Positions 1 to 8,481 of a stretch of 30,170 nt of DNA are shown in pieces. The position numbers and the translations under genes are program-made. The notes under the pieces were generated by a model. The model searched no databases. It saw nothing but the letters and a program-made list of their open reading frames with translations, and was not told the DNA's origin. This DNA is from a virus (Duplodnaviria > Caudoviricetes): the IMG/VR virus record IMGVR_UViG_3300020043_003918, positions 1-30,170 of that record; one strand, given 5' to 3'. Within the stretch, counting starts at the first letter, position 1, and each line of letters starts with the position of its first letter.

Positions 1-54
1 CGCCCACCTGAGCCAAAAGCGCCGGTGACTAGATTCTTTTCAATAGATATTTAA
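1..54 (+). CDS. 3' end of probable terminase large subunit (partial)
   Basis: Frame 1 reads RPPEPKAPVTRFFSIDI*. It lies directly upstream of a small membrane gene and the portal, the usual terminase position. Only 17 codons are visible. Confidence 0.5.
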   Translation, partial: RPPEPKAPVTRFFSIDI

Positions 55-63
55 GGAGATGAG

Positions 64-216
64 ATGAAATTCAAACTGCCAAAGATTGATCCTTCACTTC
101 TCACTGAAGTTTCAGGTGCAGTTCTTGTCACCTACGGAATTATGCAGTTCTCGCTACCGATTGCTTGCATTGTTCTTGGTTCGTTCCTCATTTGGATTAC
201 AGAGAAGGCTGAATAA
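64..216 (+). CDS. small membrane protein preceding portal
   Basis: AAGGAG RBS; MKFKLPKIDPSLLTEVSGAVLVTYGIMQFSLPIACIVLGSFLIWITEKAE* with two hydrophobic segments; TAATG overlap with portal start. Confidence 0.75.
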   Translation: MKFKLPKIDPSLLTEVSGAVLVTYGIMQFSLPIACIVLGSFLIWITEKAE

Positions 217-1832
217 TGAGTTTATCTAAGCGTTTGCGCGGTTCAAATGAAAAGCGTGCAGCAGGTGATACTTGGGTTGGGCCACTCATCCCAGGAAGGC
301 CACCTGTAACAGATGTATCAGGTGTTTATGTTGATCCTGATACCGCTATGCGTATCTCCACAGTTTTTGCTTGCGTAAAACTTCGCTCAGGCACAGTCTC
401 ATCTTTGCCAGTGGGCGCTTATGTGCGCCGAGGTCGCGTGCGCCTTTCATACGCTGCTGCCTACGGAGCAACCCCACAGTGGCTCATCAAGCCAAACCCT
501 GAGCAGACACGCCTTGAGTTCTTTGAGCAGATGATTACCTCAATGGACTTGCGCGGAGATGCTTTCATTCTGACAGTCCGTGACGATATGGATGAAGTCA
601 TTGAAGTTTATGTGCTACATCCTGACAAGGTGCGAATCATCCGCAAGCCAGGTGAGCCAATCTATTACGAATACAAGGAAGCTCGCACAGGCGATGTGAT
701 GTATCTCAGCACTCGCGACATCTTGCACATCCCTGCGTTCTTGTTACCAGGTGAAATTCGTGGGCGATCCCCAATCGAGGCTTGCCGTATGGTTGTTGGT
801 GGCGCTCTTGCTGCTGATACATACGCTGCTTCCTACTTTGGAAACGCTGCCAACCCAGGCGGTGTGATTGAAGTTCCTGGCGAAATGGATCAGGAGCAGG
901 TTGAAGATTTAGCAATCAACTGGAATATCGCTCACTCAGGCCCGTACAAGGCTGGCAAAATCGGTATCCTCACAGGTGGCGGTTCTTTCAAGCCTCTTGC
1001 AATCAACGCTTCAGATGCTCAACTTCTTGAGGCTCGCAAGTTCGGCGTTGAAGAAATCGCTCGAATCTTCAATGTGCCAATCTCGCTGCTAGGACACCCA
1101 GTAGCAGGTGCAATGAGCTTCGCATCCGTTGAAGCTCAAAACCTTTCATTCGTTCAGCACTCACTTCGCCCACTCTTGGAGCGAATCGAGCAAGCACTCT
1201 CAACTTTGCTTCCTGAAGAGGATGCTTTCATCCGCTTTAACCTTGATGCACTCTTGCGCGGTACTACTATCGAACGCTTTGATGCCTACACCAAGGGCTT
1301 GCGCGAAGGCTTTATGAGCCTCAACGATGTGCGAGCGATGGAAGATATGACCCCAATTACAGACGGGGATCAGTACCGCGTGCCTCTTCAAAACATTGAT
1401 GCAAGCGATGCGAAGGATGTTGGACTCCAACTACGCACCGAGATTGCAGCCAAGTTGATTCAGGTTGGATTCGACCCTGCCGAGGTTCTCTCAGCAATCG
1501 GTATGGATGCAATGAAGCACACAGGCGTTCCTTCAACTCAGCTTCAGCAAATCTCAACACTTGATCCTGCTAACCCACAGGCAGCCTATGAGGTCAATTC
1601 ACGCTCATTCGTGGATGTCAATGTTCCCGACACAATCGTAAATGTTCCTGAAACTCGCGTAAATGTTGAATCACCTGAGGTCAATGTGGCAGCACCTAAT
1701 GTCACAGTTGAACCTGCCGTGATTAACATTCAAAATGTTGAACAGCGCAAGCGCGTAGTTCGCAAGGTTGTTCGTGATGAAGATGGCAAGATTTCAGAAA
1801 TCATTGAACAGACAATCGAGGGGGATGAATAA
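216..1832 (+). CDS. phage portal protein, HK97 family, with C-terminal repeat extension
   Basis: STVFACVK, GRSPIEACR, YFGNAANPGGVIE, EEIARIFNVP, LRPLLERIEQAL, NDVRAMEDM motifs typical of HK97 portals. Confidence 0.95.
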   Translation: MSLSKRLRGSNEKRAAGDTWVGPLIPGRPPVTDVSGVYVDPDTAMRISTVFACVKLRSGTVSSLPVGAYVRRGRVRLSYAAAYGATPQWLIKPNPEQTRLEFFEQMITSMDLRGDAFILTVRDDMDEVIEVYVLHPDKVRIIRKPGEPIYYEYKEARTGDVMYLSTRDILHIPAFLLPGEIRGRSPIEACRMVVGGALAADTYAASYFGNAANPGGVIEVPGEMDQEQVEDLAINWNIAHSGPYKAGKIGILTGGGSFKPLAINASDAQLLEARKFGVEEIARIFNVPISLLGHPVAGAMSFASVEAQNLSFVQHSLRPLLERIEQALSTLLPEEDAFIRFNLDALLRGTTIERFDAYTKGLREGFMSLNDVRAMEDMTPITDGDQYRVPLQNIDASDAKDVGLQLRTEIAAKLIQVGFDPAEVLSAIGMDAMKHTGVPSTQLQQISTLDPANPQAAYEVNSRSFVDVNVPDTIVNVPETRVNVESPEVNVAAPNVTVEPAVINIQNVEQRKRVVRKVVRDEDGKISEIIEQTIEGDE

Positions 1833-2215
1833 TGGCAACGGGTCTTAGCACTTATCTCGCCAACGCTTTTCTTGATTCGCTAGGCAATGCCACCGCGTTC
1901 TCAGTCAGCACTGCTTATGTAAAGCTACATACAGGCGATCCTGGGGCGAATGGCACAGGCAACCCTGCAACAGAGACAACTCGCAAGTCTGTTTCATTTG
2001 CTGCTTCATCGGGTGGCGCTCTTGCCAGCGATGCTGCAGTGACTTGGACAAACATTGCCGGTAGCGAAGATGCAACTTACTTCACTGCCTGGGATGCAAG
2101 CACGGCTGGCAACTTCCTTTTCTCAGGCACAATTACTGGCAACCCTTACACCGCAGGTGATACCTACACAATCCCATCGGGATCACTTACAGTTTCACTC
2201 ACTGTAGCGAGCTAG
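1832..2215 (+). CDS. virion structural protein, fibre-subunit-like
   Basis: 127 aa, S/T/A/G-rich, YVKLHTGDPG and WDASTAGNFLFSG motifs resemble small phage fibre proteins; coupled to portal by TAATG. Confidence 0.7.
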   Translation: MATGLSTYLANAFLDSLGNATAFSVSTAYVKLHTGDPGANGTGNPATETTRKSVSFAASSGGALASDAAVTWTNIAGSEDATYFTAWDASTAGNFLFSGTITGNPYTAGDTYTIPSGSLTVSLTVAS

Positions 2216-2219
2216 TTCA

Positions 2220-2828
2220 ATGCAGTTCCTGCGTTTTACGCTGGATGTTTCACCGCTTGATGACACAGGCTACGGATTAGATGGCGAAGGCTTTGCCTTT
2301 ACCGAAGAAGGTGTTGCTGCTTCAAGCCTAGGCACGCTGACAAGTGCTGCTTCAAGCCAAGTTACACATAATGTGGCTTTGTCTGCACCTCTAAACGGGG
2401 CTACAAGCACCGCCACAAGCCTTGTAACGAACCCTGTGGGCGCGAACGCCCCACTTGGGGGTAGTTACTCAAGTGCCAACGCAATTGTGTCTGTAATCGC
2501 CTCAAGTAGCGTTTCTTTGGGTGGTCTAACGGCTACGGCAAGAGCAGCAGATAACATCACGGCTACTGCACAGGCAGCACTTGGCGCTTTATACGCTCAC
2601 ATTCAGGCAGCACAGCAAACTGAAGGTGGCTCATTCGGCCCTGGCATTGCTTATGTGCAACCAAACTTTATACAGCCTCAGGTTGAAATCCCCATCATTG
2701 AGCCGATCCTGCCAAGGGTTCACTTCGGATTTGCAGATGCCCTACTTGGTAGAGCCTACGCAAGCGCACTTTCTCAAATTGATTTCTCCATCCTTGAAGA
2801 TGATGCTGAAATCCTAGCGATGATGTAA
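2220..2828 (+). CDS. Ala/Ser/Thr-rich repeat virion protein
   Basis: 202 aa with five 21-aa LG-anchored repeats and an N-terminal FTLDVSPLDD motif; lies in head operon. Confidence 0.75.
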   Translation: MQFLRFTLDVSPLDDTGYGLDGEGFAFTEEGVAASSLGTLTSAASSQVTHNVALSAPLNGATSTATSLVTNPVGANAPLGGSYSSANAIVSVIASSSVSLGGLTATARAADNITATAQAALGALYAHIQAAQQTEGGSFGPGIAYVQPNFIQPQVEIPIIEPILPRVHFGFADALLGRAYASALSQIDFSILEDDAEILAMM

Positions 2829-2836
2829 GGAATCAA

Positions 2837-4144
2837 ATGCCATACGGAATAAGTGACAGCCAAAGTGATTGCTCAGGATGGGCAACAGTCAAAGAAGAGT
2901 CAGATGGCTCTTTCACCACTATCGGTTGCCACGATACGAAAGAAGATGCAATTTCTCAAATGGTCGCAGTTTCAATTGCTGAAGATATGCAACCTTTGGG
3001 AGAAGTAAGAGCAGTTGATTTATCAGTTCCTTCCTTCATCCGAACTAACGCAGAGCGTGGCTTGAAATATCTACAAGAAGGTTTTGGGGGAGATGGTTTA
3101 ACTGAAGCCACCAAGCGTGAAGCACGCGAGATGGCAGCAGGTCGAATTTCAGAAAACAAGGTGCGAAAAATGGCACCTTGGTTTGCACGCCATCAAGTTG
3201 ATGGACAAGCACCAAAAAACAATGATCCATCTAATCCCCAATACCCAGGCGCAGGTTTAGTCGCTTGGCTTCTTTGGGGTGGAGATTCCAACTTCAGCGA
3301 CAGAGCGCAAAATTGGGCGCAGCGCAAAATTGATGCCTTAGATGCTGAGGCCGATTCAAGGAGCAAAATGAGCAAAAAAATCGAACGCCGTACTTATACA
3401 GTGCAGGATGTTGAAGCACGCCAAGCAGATGATGGCACAATGCGCCTCTCAGGTTATGCCGCAGTTTTTAATGATAACTCTGTGCCACTACCATTCGTTG
3501 AGCGTATTGCACCTGGCGCGTTTCGCAAGACACTTACAGAGACACCCGATGTTCGCTTACTTATCAACCACGAAGGCTTGCCTCTTGCTCGCACCAAGAA
3601 CGGCACACTCACTCTTACTGAAGATGAGCGTGGTCTTTATATGGATGCAGTCATTGCTGATACTCAAGAAGGTCGCGACCTCTACACGCTAGTTCAGCGC
3701 GGTGACTTGGATCAGATGAGCTTTGCTTTCCGTGTCATTCGCCAAAAGTGGAATGAGAACCGAACAGAGCGCCTACTTACAGAGCTTTCACTTGCAGATG
3801 GAGATGTTTCAGTGGTCACATACCCTGCTTACCCAACAACCTCAGTTGAGGCTCGCGCTCGCCTACAAGAAGCGATGCAAGCACTCAAGGAAGGTCGCGC
3901 ACTTGAAGGCGAAAGCCTTATTGCAGTTCAGGCAATCTTTGAGAAGATTTCAGAATCTTGCGACTACCTTGAAGAAGGCAAGTCAATGCTTGAGGTAATG
4001 CTTGGCCTAGATACTTTGGTTCCTGCCGTTGAGGTAGAAGAGCCTGAAGTTGAATTGATGCCAGCAAGTGAAGTGATGCCACAGGCTGCTTCACGCAAAA
4101 TCTCGCTTCGCCTAGCGCAAGCAATTATCAACAACACAAAATAA
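2837..4144 (+). CDS. HK97-family prohead protease with N-terminal extra domains
   Basis: GYAAVFN, ERIAPGAF, LLINHEGLPLART, QMSFAF, VSVVTYPAY in the C-terminal half; about 175 extra N-terminal residues. Confidence 0.93.
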   Translation: MPYGISDSQSDCSGWATVKEESDGSFTTIGCHDTKEDAISQMVAVSIAEDMQPLGEVRAVDLSVPSFIRTNAERGLKYLQEGFGGDGLTEATKREAREMAAGRISENKVRKMAPWFARHQVDGQAPKNNDPSNPQYPGAGLVAWLLWGGDSNFSDRAQNWAQRKIDALDAEADSRSKMSKKIERRTYTVQDVEARQADDGTMRLSGYAAVFNDNSVPLPFVERIAPGAFRKTLTETPDVRLLINHEGLPLARTKNGTLTLTEDERGLYMDAVIADTQEGRDLYTLVQRGDLDQMSFAFRVIRQKWNENRTERLLTELSLADGDVSVVTYPAYPTTSVEARARLQEAMQALKEGRALEGESLIAVQAIFEKISESCDYLEEGKSMLEVMLGLDTLVPAVEVEEPEVELMPASEVMPQAASRKISLRLAQAIINNTK

Positions 4145-4147
4145 GTT

Positions 4148-4166
4148 TCCGTAGAAAATCTACGGA
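4148..4166 (+). promoter_or_regulatory. hairpin in capsid gene leader
   Basis: Perfect 8-bp stem TCCGTAGA-AAA-TCTACGGA just after the protease stop codon. Confidence 0.5.
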
Positions 4167-4257
4167 TCGAAGTCGGAGCGAATCTCACACCCTGAAAGCG
4201 CCGTGAAGAACATCGCCACCACCTCAACCAAAAACCAAACTCATAAGGAGTCAATAA

Positions 4258-5607
4258 ATGTCATTTCTTGACAAAGTAATTGAGCGCCGTGATGCAGTTA
4301 AGGCTGAAATGGATGAAGTTCTCGAAGCAGTAGCAGCAGAGAACCGCACCGACCTTACTGCGGAAGAAACCGAAAAGGTTGATGCTCTCGTTGAAGAGTC
4401 ACGCTCACTAGATTCAAAGATTGAAAAGTTCAAGGCTCAGGCTGAAGCAGATGCAAAGGCAACTGAAGCACGCGCAGCAGTATCAACAATCGCAATGCCA
4501 GCATCAACAGGTGCTGCAAAGATTGTTTCTGAAGCACGCACATACTCAGAGCGTTCAGAGGCATCATTCGTTAAGGATGTTTTTGCTGCTGAAGTTCGCG
4601 GAGATTACTCAGCGAAAGAGCGCCTTGCTCGTCACACACGCGAAGAGCAGATTGAACGCCGTGATGTTGATACATCTAACTTCTCAGGTCTTGTAGTTCC
4701 TCAGTACCTCGTTGATCTCGCTGCACCTTATGCACGCGCTGGCCGACCAACTGCTGATTTCGCTACAAACAAGCACGTTCTTCCTGCTGCTGGTATGACA
4801 CTGAACATTTCTCGTATGACAACAGGTACATCAACAGCCGTACAGGTCACACAGAATGATGCAGTTTCAGAGACAGATTCAGATGACACACTACTCACAA
4901 TCAATGTGCGTACAATCGCTGGACAGCAAGATGTCTCACGCCAGGCAATCGAACGCGGTACAGGTGTTGATTCATTCATCATCCAAGACCTCATTCGTTC
5001 TTGGCACACAACTCTTGATAACCAAATCCTCAATGGTGCTGGAACTTCAGGAACAATCAAGGGCCTTCGTGCTTCAGGTGGAAACGCAATCACTTTCACA
5101 GCGACAACACCAACAGTTGCACTTCTCTATCCAAAGCTCGCTGATGCAGTGCAGCAGATTCAGTCAAACGCTTTCATTAGCCCAACACACTGGATTATGC
5201 ACCCACGCCGCCTAGCGTTCCTTCTTGCTGCTACAGACACAACAGGCCGTCCGCTTGTAGTGCCAGCACCAAACGGAGCAATGAACGGCGTTGCAGCAGG
5301 TAACGGCGCAGTTGCTTATGGCAACTCAGGTTACTCATTGATGGGCTTGCCTATCATTGCAGATGCAAACGTAGGAACAACTTACGGCGCATCAACAAAC
5401 CAGGATGAAATCTATTGCGTATCAGCACCTGAATTCCATCTTTGGGAACAGCCTGGCGCACCATTCGCATTGCAGTTCGATGCAACTGGCGCAGACAAGC
5501 TACAGATCAAGTCAGTAATCTACGGATTCGCTGCTGCTTCAGCAGAGCGTTACCCACTTGCTGCTTCAATCATCTCAGGTACAGGTTTAGCAGCACCAAC
5601 CTTCTAA
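4258..5607 (+). CDS. major capsid protein, HK97 fold
   Basis: Coiled-coil N-terminal delta domain, GLVVPQYL, LDNQILNGAG, WIMHPRR, LMGLPII; strong AAGGAG RBS; follows the protease. Confidence 0.95.
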   Translation: MSFLDKVIERRDAVKAEMDEVLEAVAAENRTDLTAEETEKVDALVEESRSLDSKIEKFKAQAEADAKATEARAAVSTIAMPASTGAAKIVSEARTYSERSEASFVKDVFAAEVRGDYSAKERLARHTREEQIERRDVDTSNFSGLVVPQYLVDLAAPYARAGRPTADFATNKHVLPAAGMTLNISRMTTGTSTAVQVTQNDAVSETDSDDTLLTINVRTIAGQQDVSRQAIERGTGVDSFIIQDLIRSWHTTLDNQILNGAGTSGTIKGLRASGGNAITFTATTPTVALLYPKLADAVQQIQSNAFISPTHWIMHPRRLAFLLAATDTTGRPLVVPAPNGAMNGVAAGNGAVAYGNSGYSLMGLPIIADANVGTTYGASTNQDEIYCVSAPEFHLWEQPGAPFALQFDATGADKLQIKSVIYGFAAASAERYPLAASIISGTGLAAPTF

Positions 5608-5626
5608 TCTGAGCAAGTAACAAATT

Positions 5627-5673
5627 GTGTGGGTGGGGTTAGTTCCCCCCGATTGACCTCACCCACACTTCTT
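5627..5673 (+). terminator. long hairpin/terminator after capsid gene
   Basis: GTGTGGGTGGGGTTAGTT / GATTGACCTCACCCACAC 18-bp stem with G-U pairs, CCCCCC loop, followed by TTCTT. Confidence 0.6.
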
Positions 5674-5691
5674 ACTGATTCGGGGGAATCA

Positions 5692-6369
5692 ATGAAGTCA
5701 GGTCATATAGTTTCAATCGGGTCTTGCGACCCAGGCACAGTTAATGGTGCTTTTGCATATCGTTTGATTCAGCTCGTTCAGGCAAGGTCATCACGCCTTG
5801 GGCCGTTCGTGAGAGTCAAAGGTTCAGGCTTGCTTTCAAAGCAGCGCAACCGAGTAGTAAAACAATTTTTAGAAACGAAGTCTGATTGGCTTCTTCTTCT
5901 TGATAGCGATGAACAATTAACACTTGATGCTTTTGACAAGTTAATTGAAACCGCACACGATAAAGACCGCCCAGTTGTTGCAGGTCTAGTTTTTGCAGGA
6001 TTCGGGGTCGAAGGCGCACTTTATCCAAAGCCTGTGCCAGCAATCTTTCAAGATGCACCTGAAGGATTCCTGCCTTTATTTAAGTATGACAAGAACTCAG
6101 TCTTTGAGATTGATGCAGCAGGTACAGGTTGCTTGCTTATTCACCGAAGCGTTCTTGAGAAGATGCGTGACAATGCTGATCCGCACCAAGGCACAGATTG
6201 GTGTTGGTTCTTTGATGGGCCTATCAACGGCGAATGGATAGGTGAAGATTTACTCTTTTCCCGTAGAATTCGCTCACTAGGTTTTCCAATTCACGTTAAT
6301 ACAGGCGCAGTTTTACCGCATCAAAAGTCATACTGGATTGATGAAAGACACCAAGACTATTGGAAATAA
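5692..6369 (+). CDS. GT-A/GT2-like glycosyltransferase
   Basis: QRNRVVKQFL, WLLLLDSD (DxD), AAGTGCLLIHRSVLEK, GEDLLFSRR, H-x-K tail; GGGGG RBS before ATG 5692. Confidence 0.85.
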   Translation: MKSGHIVSIGSCDPGTVNGAFAYRLIQLVQARSSRLGPFVRVKGSGLLSKQRNRVVKQFLETKSDWLLLLDSDEQLTLDAFDKLIETAHDKDRPVVAGLVFAGFGVEGALYPKPVPAIFQDAPEGFLPLFKYDKNSVFEIDAAGTGCLLIHRSVLEKMRDNADPHQGTDWCWFFDGPINGEWIGEDLLFSRRIRSLGFPIHVNTGAVLPHQKSYWIDERHQDYWK

Positions 6370-6485
6370 TAAAAAAGATTTTGCGTAGAAAGCCAAAGCC
6401 AAAAGAAACGGCAACAGCAATCCCGCAACTTGAGAAAGCGATACTGCCAAAGGCAGAGATGAGGTTAAAGCGTGGCTCTAACTAA
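6360..6485 (+). CDS. small basic hypothetical protein
   Basis: TTG start; (M)EIIKKILRRKPKPKETATAIPQLEKAILPKAEMRLKRGSN* fills the gap between the GT and adaptor genes with overlaps at both ends. Confidence 0.5.
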   Translation: MEIIKKILRRKPKPKETATAIPQLEKAILPKAEMRLKRGSN

Positions 6486-7080
6486 CTGCTACACCACACT
6501 TGCTGAACTTAAAGCAGCGTTGGGGATTGAAGATAGCGTTGATGATACTGCTCTTGAAGCAGCCATCACTGCTGCAAGCCGTATGATTGATGACTATACA
6601 GAGCGATTCTTTTACAAGGATGGCACAGTAGGTTCACCGGTATATCGCTATTACACACCTCAAGACATCACAGTTTTGATGATTGATGACATTACGACAA
6701 TCTCTGAAGTTGCTATTGATGCCGCTTTTGACCAAACCTACTCAACAGTTTTTGCCACTTCGGATTACCTAGTTGAGCCTGTAAATGCACCGCGCAAGGG
6801 TTGGCCTTATACCCGCATCCTTGCCACAGGATCATATATTTACCCATATCCACTGCCTCAGTCAGTACGCGTGCAGGGCGTTTGGGGTTGGTCGGCAGTG
6901 CCTTCAGAAATCTCGATGGCAACGCTAATCCAAGCCTCACGCCTATTTGCACGCCGTCAATCTCCATTTGGTATCGCGGGTGCGCCTGATTTGGGCGTAG
7001 TTCGCCTTTCAGCTCGCCTTGATGCAGATGTTGAAGTTCTATGCAAGCCATTTCGCCGTAGAAAGGGAGTTGCTTACTAA
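6472..7080 (+). CDS. head-to-tail adaptor (gp6/gp15-like)
   Basis: YTTLAELKAALGI, AASRMIDDY, WGWSAVP, ATLIQASRLFARRQSPFG; position after the capsid gene. Confidence 0.85.
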   Translation: MALTNCYTTLAELKAALGIEDSVDDTALEAAITAASRMIDDYTERFFYKDGTVGSPVYRYYTPQDITVLMIDDITTISEVAIDAAFDQTYSTVFATSDYLVEPVNAPRKGWPYTRILATGSYIYPYPLPQSVRVQGVWGWSAVPSEISMATLIQASRLFARRQSPFGIAGAPDLGVVRLSARLDADVEVLCKPFRRRKGVAY

Positions 7081-7478
7081 TGAACGTGAGCAATGTTCGA
7101 GATGGCATTAAAACACGCCTTCAGACCATTTCAGGTTTGCGTGTGTGGGATGTAATCCCTGACCAGGTAACACCGCCCGGTGCGGTAGTGGGTCAATTAG
7201 ATTTCACATTTGATATTGACAATGCACGCGGGGTGGACTTAGCAAATGTTGATGTTTATGTGATTGTTCAACGAATGGATGCACGCTCAGGGCAAAATAA
7301 GTTGGATGGATACTTAGCAGGTTCAGGATCAAGTTCAATCAAAGCAGCGATTGAAGGCGATAGAACTCTAGGTGGCACAGTAAATACATTACGCGTGACA
7401 AGAGCTGAAGCAGGTACTTATCTTCAGGGTGATGTCACATTTCTTTCATACCGATACAGCCTCACAATTTGGGGATAA
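7080..7478 (+). CDS. tail terminator/completion protein
   Basis: 132 aa, SIKAAIEGDRTLGG motif; lies between adaptor and major tail genes. Confidence 0.7.
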   Translation: MNVSNVRDGIKTRLQTISGLRVWDVIPDQVTPPGAVVGQLDFTFDIDNARGVDLANVDVYVIVQRMDARSGQNKLDGYLAGSGSSSIKAAIEGDRTLGGTVNTLRVTRAEAGTYLQGDVTFLSYRYSLTIWG

Positions 7479-7487
7479 GGAGAACAA

Positions 7488-7655
7488 ATGAGTTACACAG
7501 TTACCTCAGACCTTGAGGTTTGCGGCAAGAAAAAGGGTGAGACTCTCACCGAAAAAGATTTGGTTGGGATGAATGTAGAGGCGCTTATTGGCGCAGGTCA
7601 CATTTCAGATTCAGCTTCAAAGCCAGTAACAGCAACCGAAGGAGAAACTAAATAA
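7488..7655 (+). CDS. small hypothetical virion-associated protein
   Basis: AAGGAG RBS; MSYTVTSDLEVCGKKKGETLTEKDLVGMNVEALIGAGHI...; TAATG overlap with the tail gene. Confidence 0.75.
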   Translation: MSYTVTSDLEVCGKKKGETLTEKDLVGMNVEALIGAGHISDSASKPVTATEGETK

Positions 7656-8071
7656 TGGCACGCATCGTTCTAACAGATGTAAAATGCACAATCAATGGAG
7701 TCAATTTGAGTGATCACATTGCCTCAGTAACAATCAATCAGAGCAATGATGTCGTTGAGACAACTGCTTTTTCTTCAACTGCTGCAAAAACTCGCGTTGG
7801 TGGCTTGCAAGATAATTCAGTTACTCTTGAATTCCATCAAGACTTTGCTTCAAACAATGTTGAGCAGACAATCAACGGCTCATCATCACTCGTTGGCACG
7901 CTAACAACAGTTGTTGTTTCACCAACATCTACAGTCTCAGCGACTTCACCTTCATACACATTCTCAGCACTTGTCTCAGAATGGACACCTTTGAACGGCG
8001 CAGTTGGTGAGCTTTCAACAGCATCCGTCACTTGGCCGATTTCAGGCGCTATCACAAAGGCTACTTCATAA
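7655..8071 (+). CDS. major tail (tube) protein, paralog 1
   Basis: LSDHIASVTI, VETTAF, KTRVGGLQD, GAVGELSTASVTWPISG; upstream of tail chaperone and tape measure. Confidence 0.85.
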   Translation: MARIVLTDVKCTINGVNLSDHIASVTINQSNDVVETTAFSSTAAKTRVGGLQDNSVTLEFHQDFASNNVEQTINGSSSLVGTLTTVVVSPTSTVSATSPSYTFSALVSEWTPLNGAVGELSTASVTWPISGAITKATS

Positions 8072-8481
8072 TGGCACGCATCGTATTAACTAACGCATCC
8101 GTTGTTTTCGGTACATCAAATGATTTGAGCGATCACATTGCGAGCGTAACAATCAATACTTCTTACGATATCGTGGAAACCACGAGCTTCGGATCGACTG
8201 CAAAGACAAGAATCGCTGGCTTGGCTGACAATTCAGTAAGTCTTGAATTCCATCAGGACTTTGCTTCAGGTTCAGTTGAATCAATCATTTATCCGCTTCT
8301 TGGTACAGCCATCACAATCAAGGTGAAGCCTGTTGCAGATACAGTGACAACAACAAATCCACAGTACGCGTTCTCTGCTCTTATCTCTGAATGGACTCCA
8401 CTCAACGGAGCAGTTGGAGAATTGGCAACAGCATCTGTGACTTGGCCTATTTCGGGCGTTATTACAAAGACAACAGCATAA
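8071..8481 (+). CDS. major tail (tube) protein, paralog 2
   Basis: Starts MARIVLT at a TAATG overlap; clearly homologous to 7655-8071 over its whole length. Confidence 0.85.
   Translation: MARIVLTNASVVFGTSNDLSDHIASVTINTSYDIVETTSFGSTAKTRIAGLADNSVSLEFHQDFASGSVESIIYPLLGTAITIKVKPVADTVTTTNPQYAFSALISEWTPLNGAVGELATASVTWPISGVITKTTA

Noticed and set aside
5629-5691. Longer N-terminus of the glycosyltransferase in the ORF track (similarly 8032, 13467, 21433, 24194 starts)
   Set aside because: The upstream starts fall inside a hairpin or the previous gene; downstream starts have an RBS or stop-start coupling.
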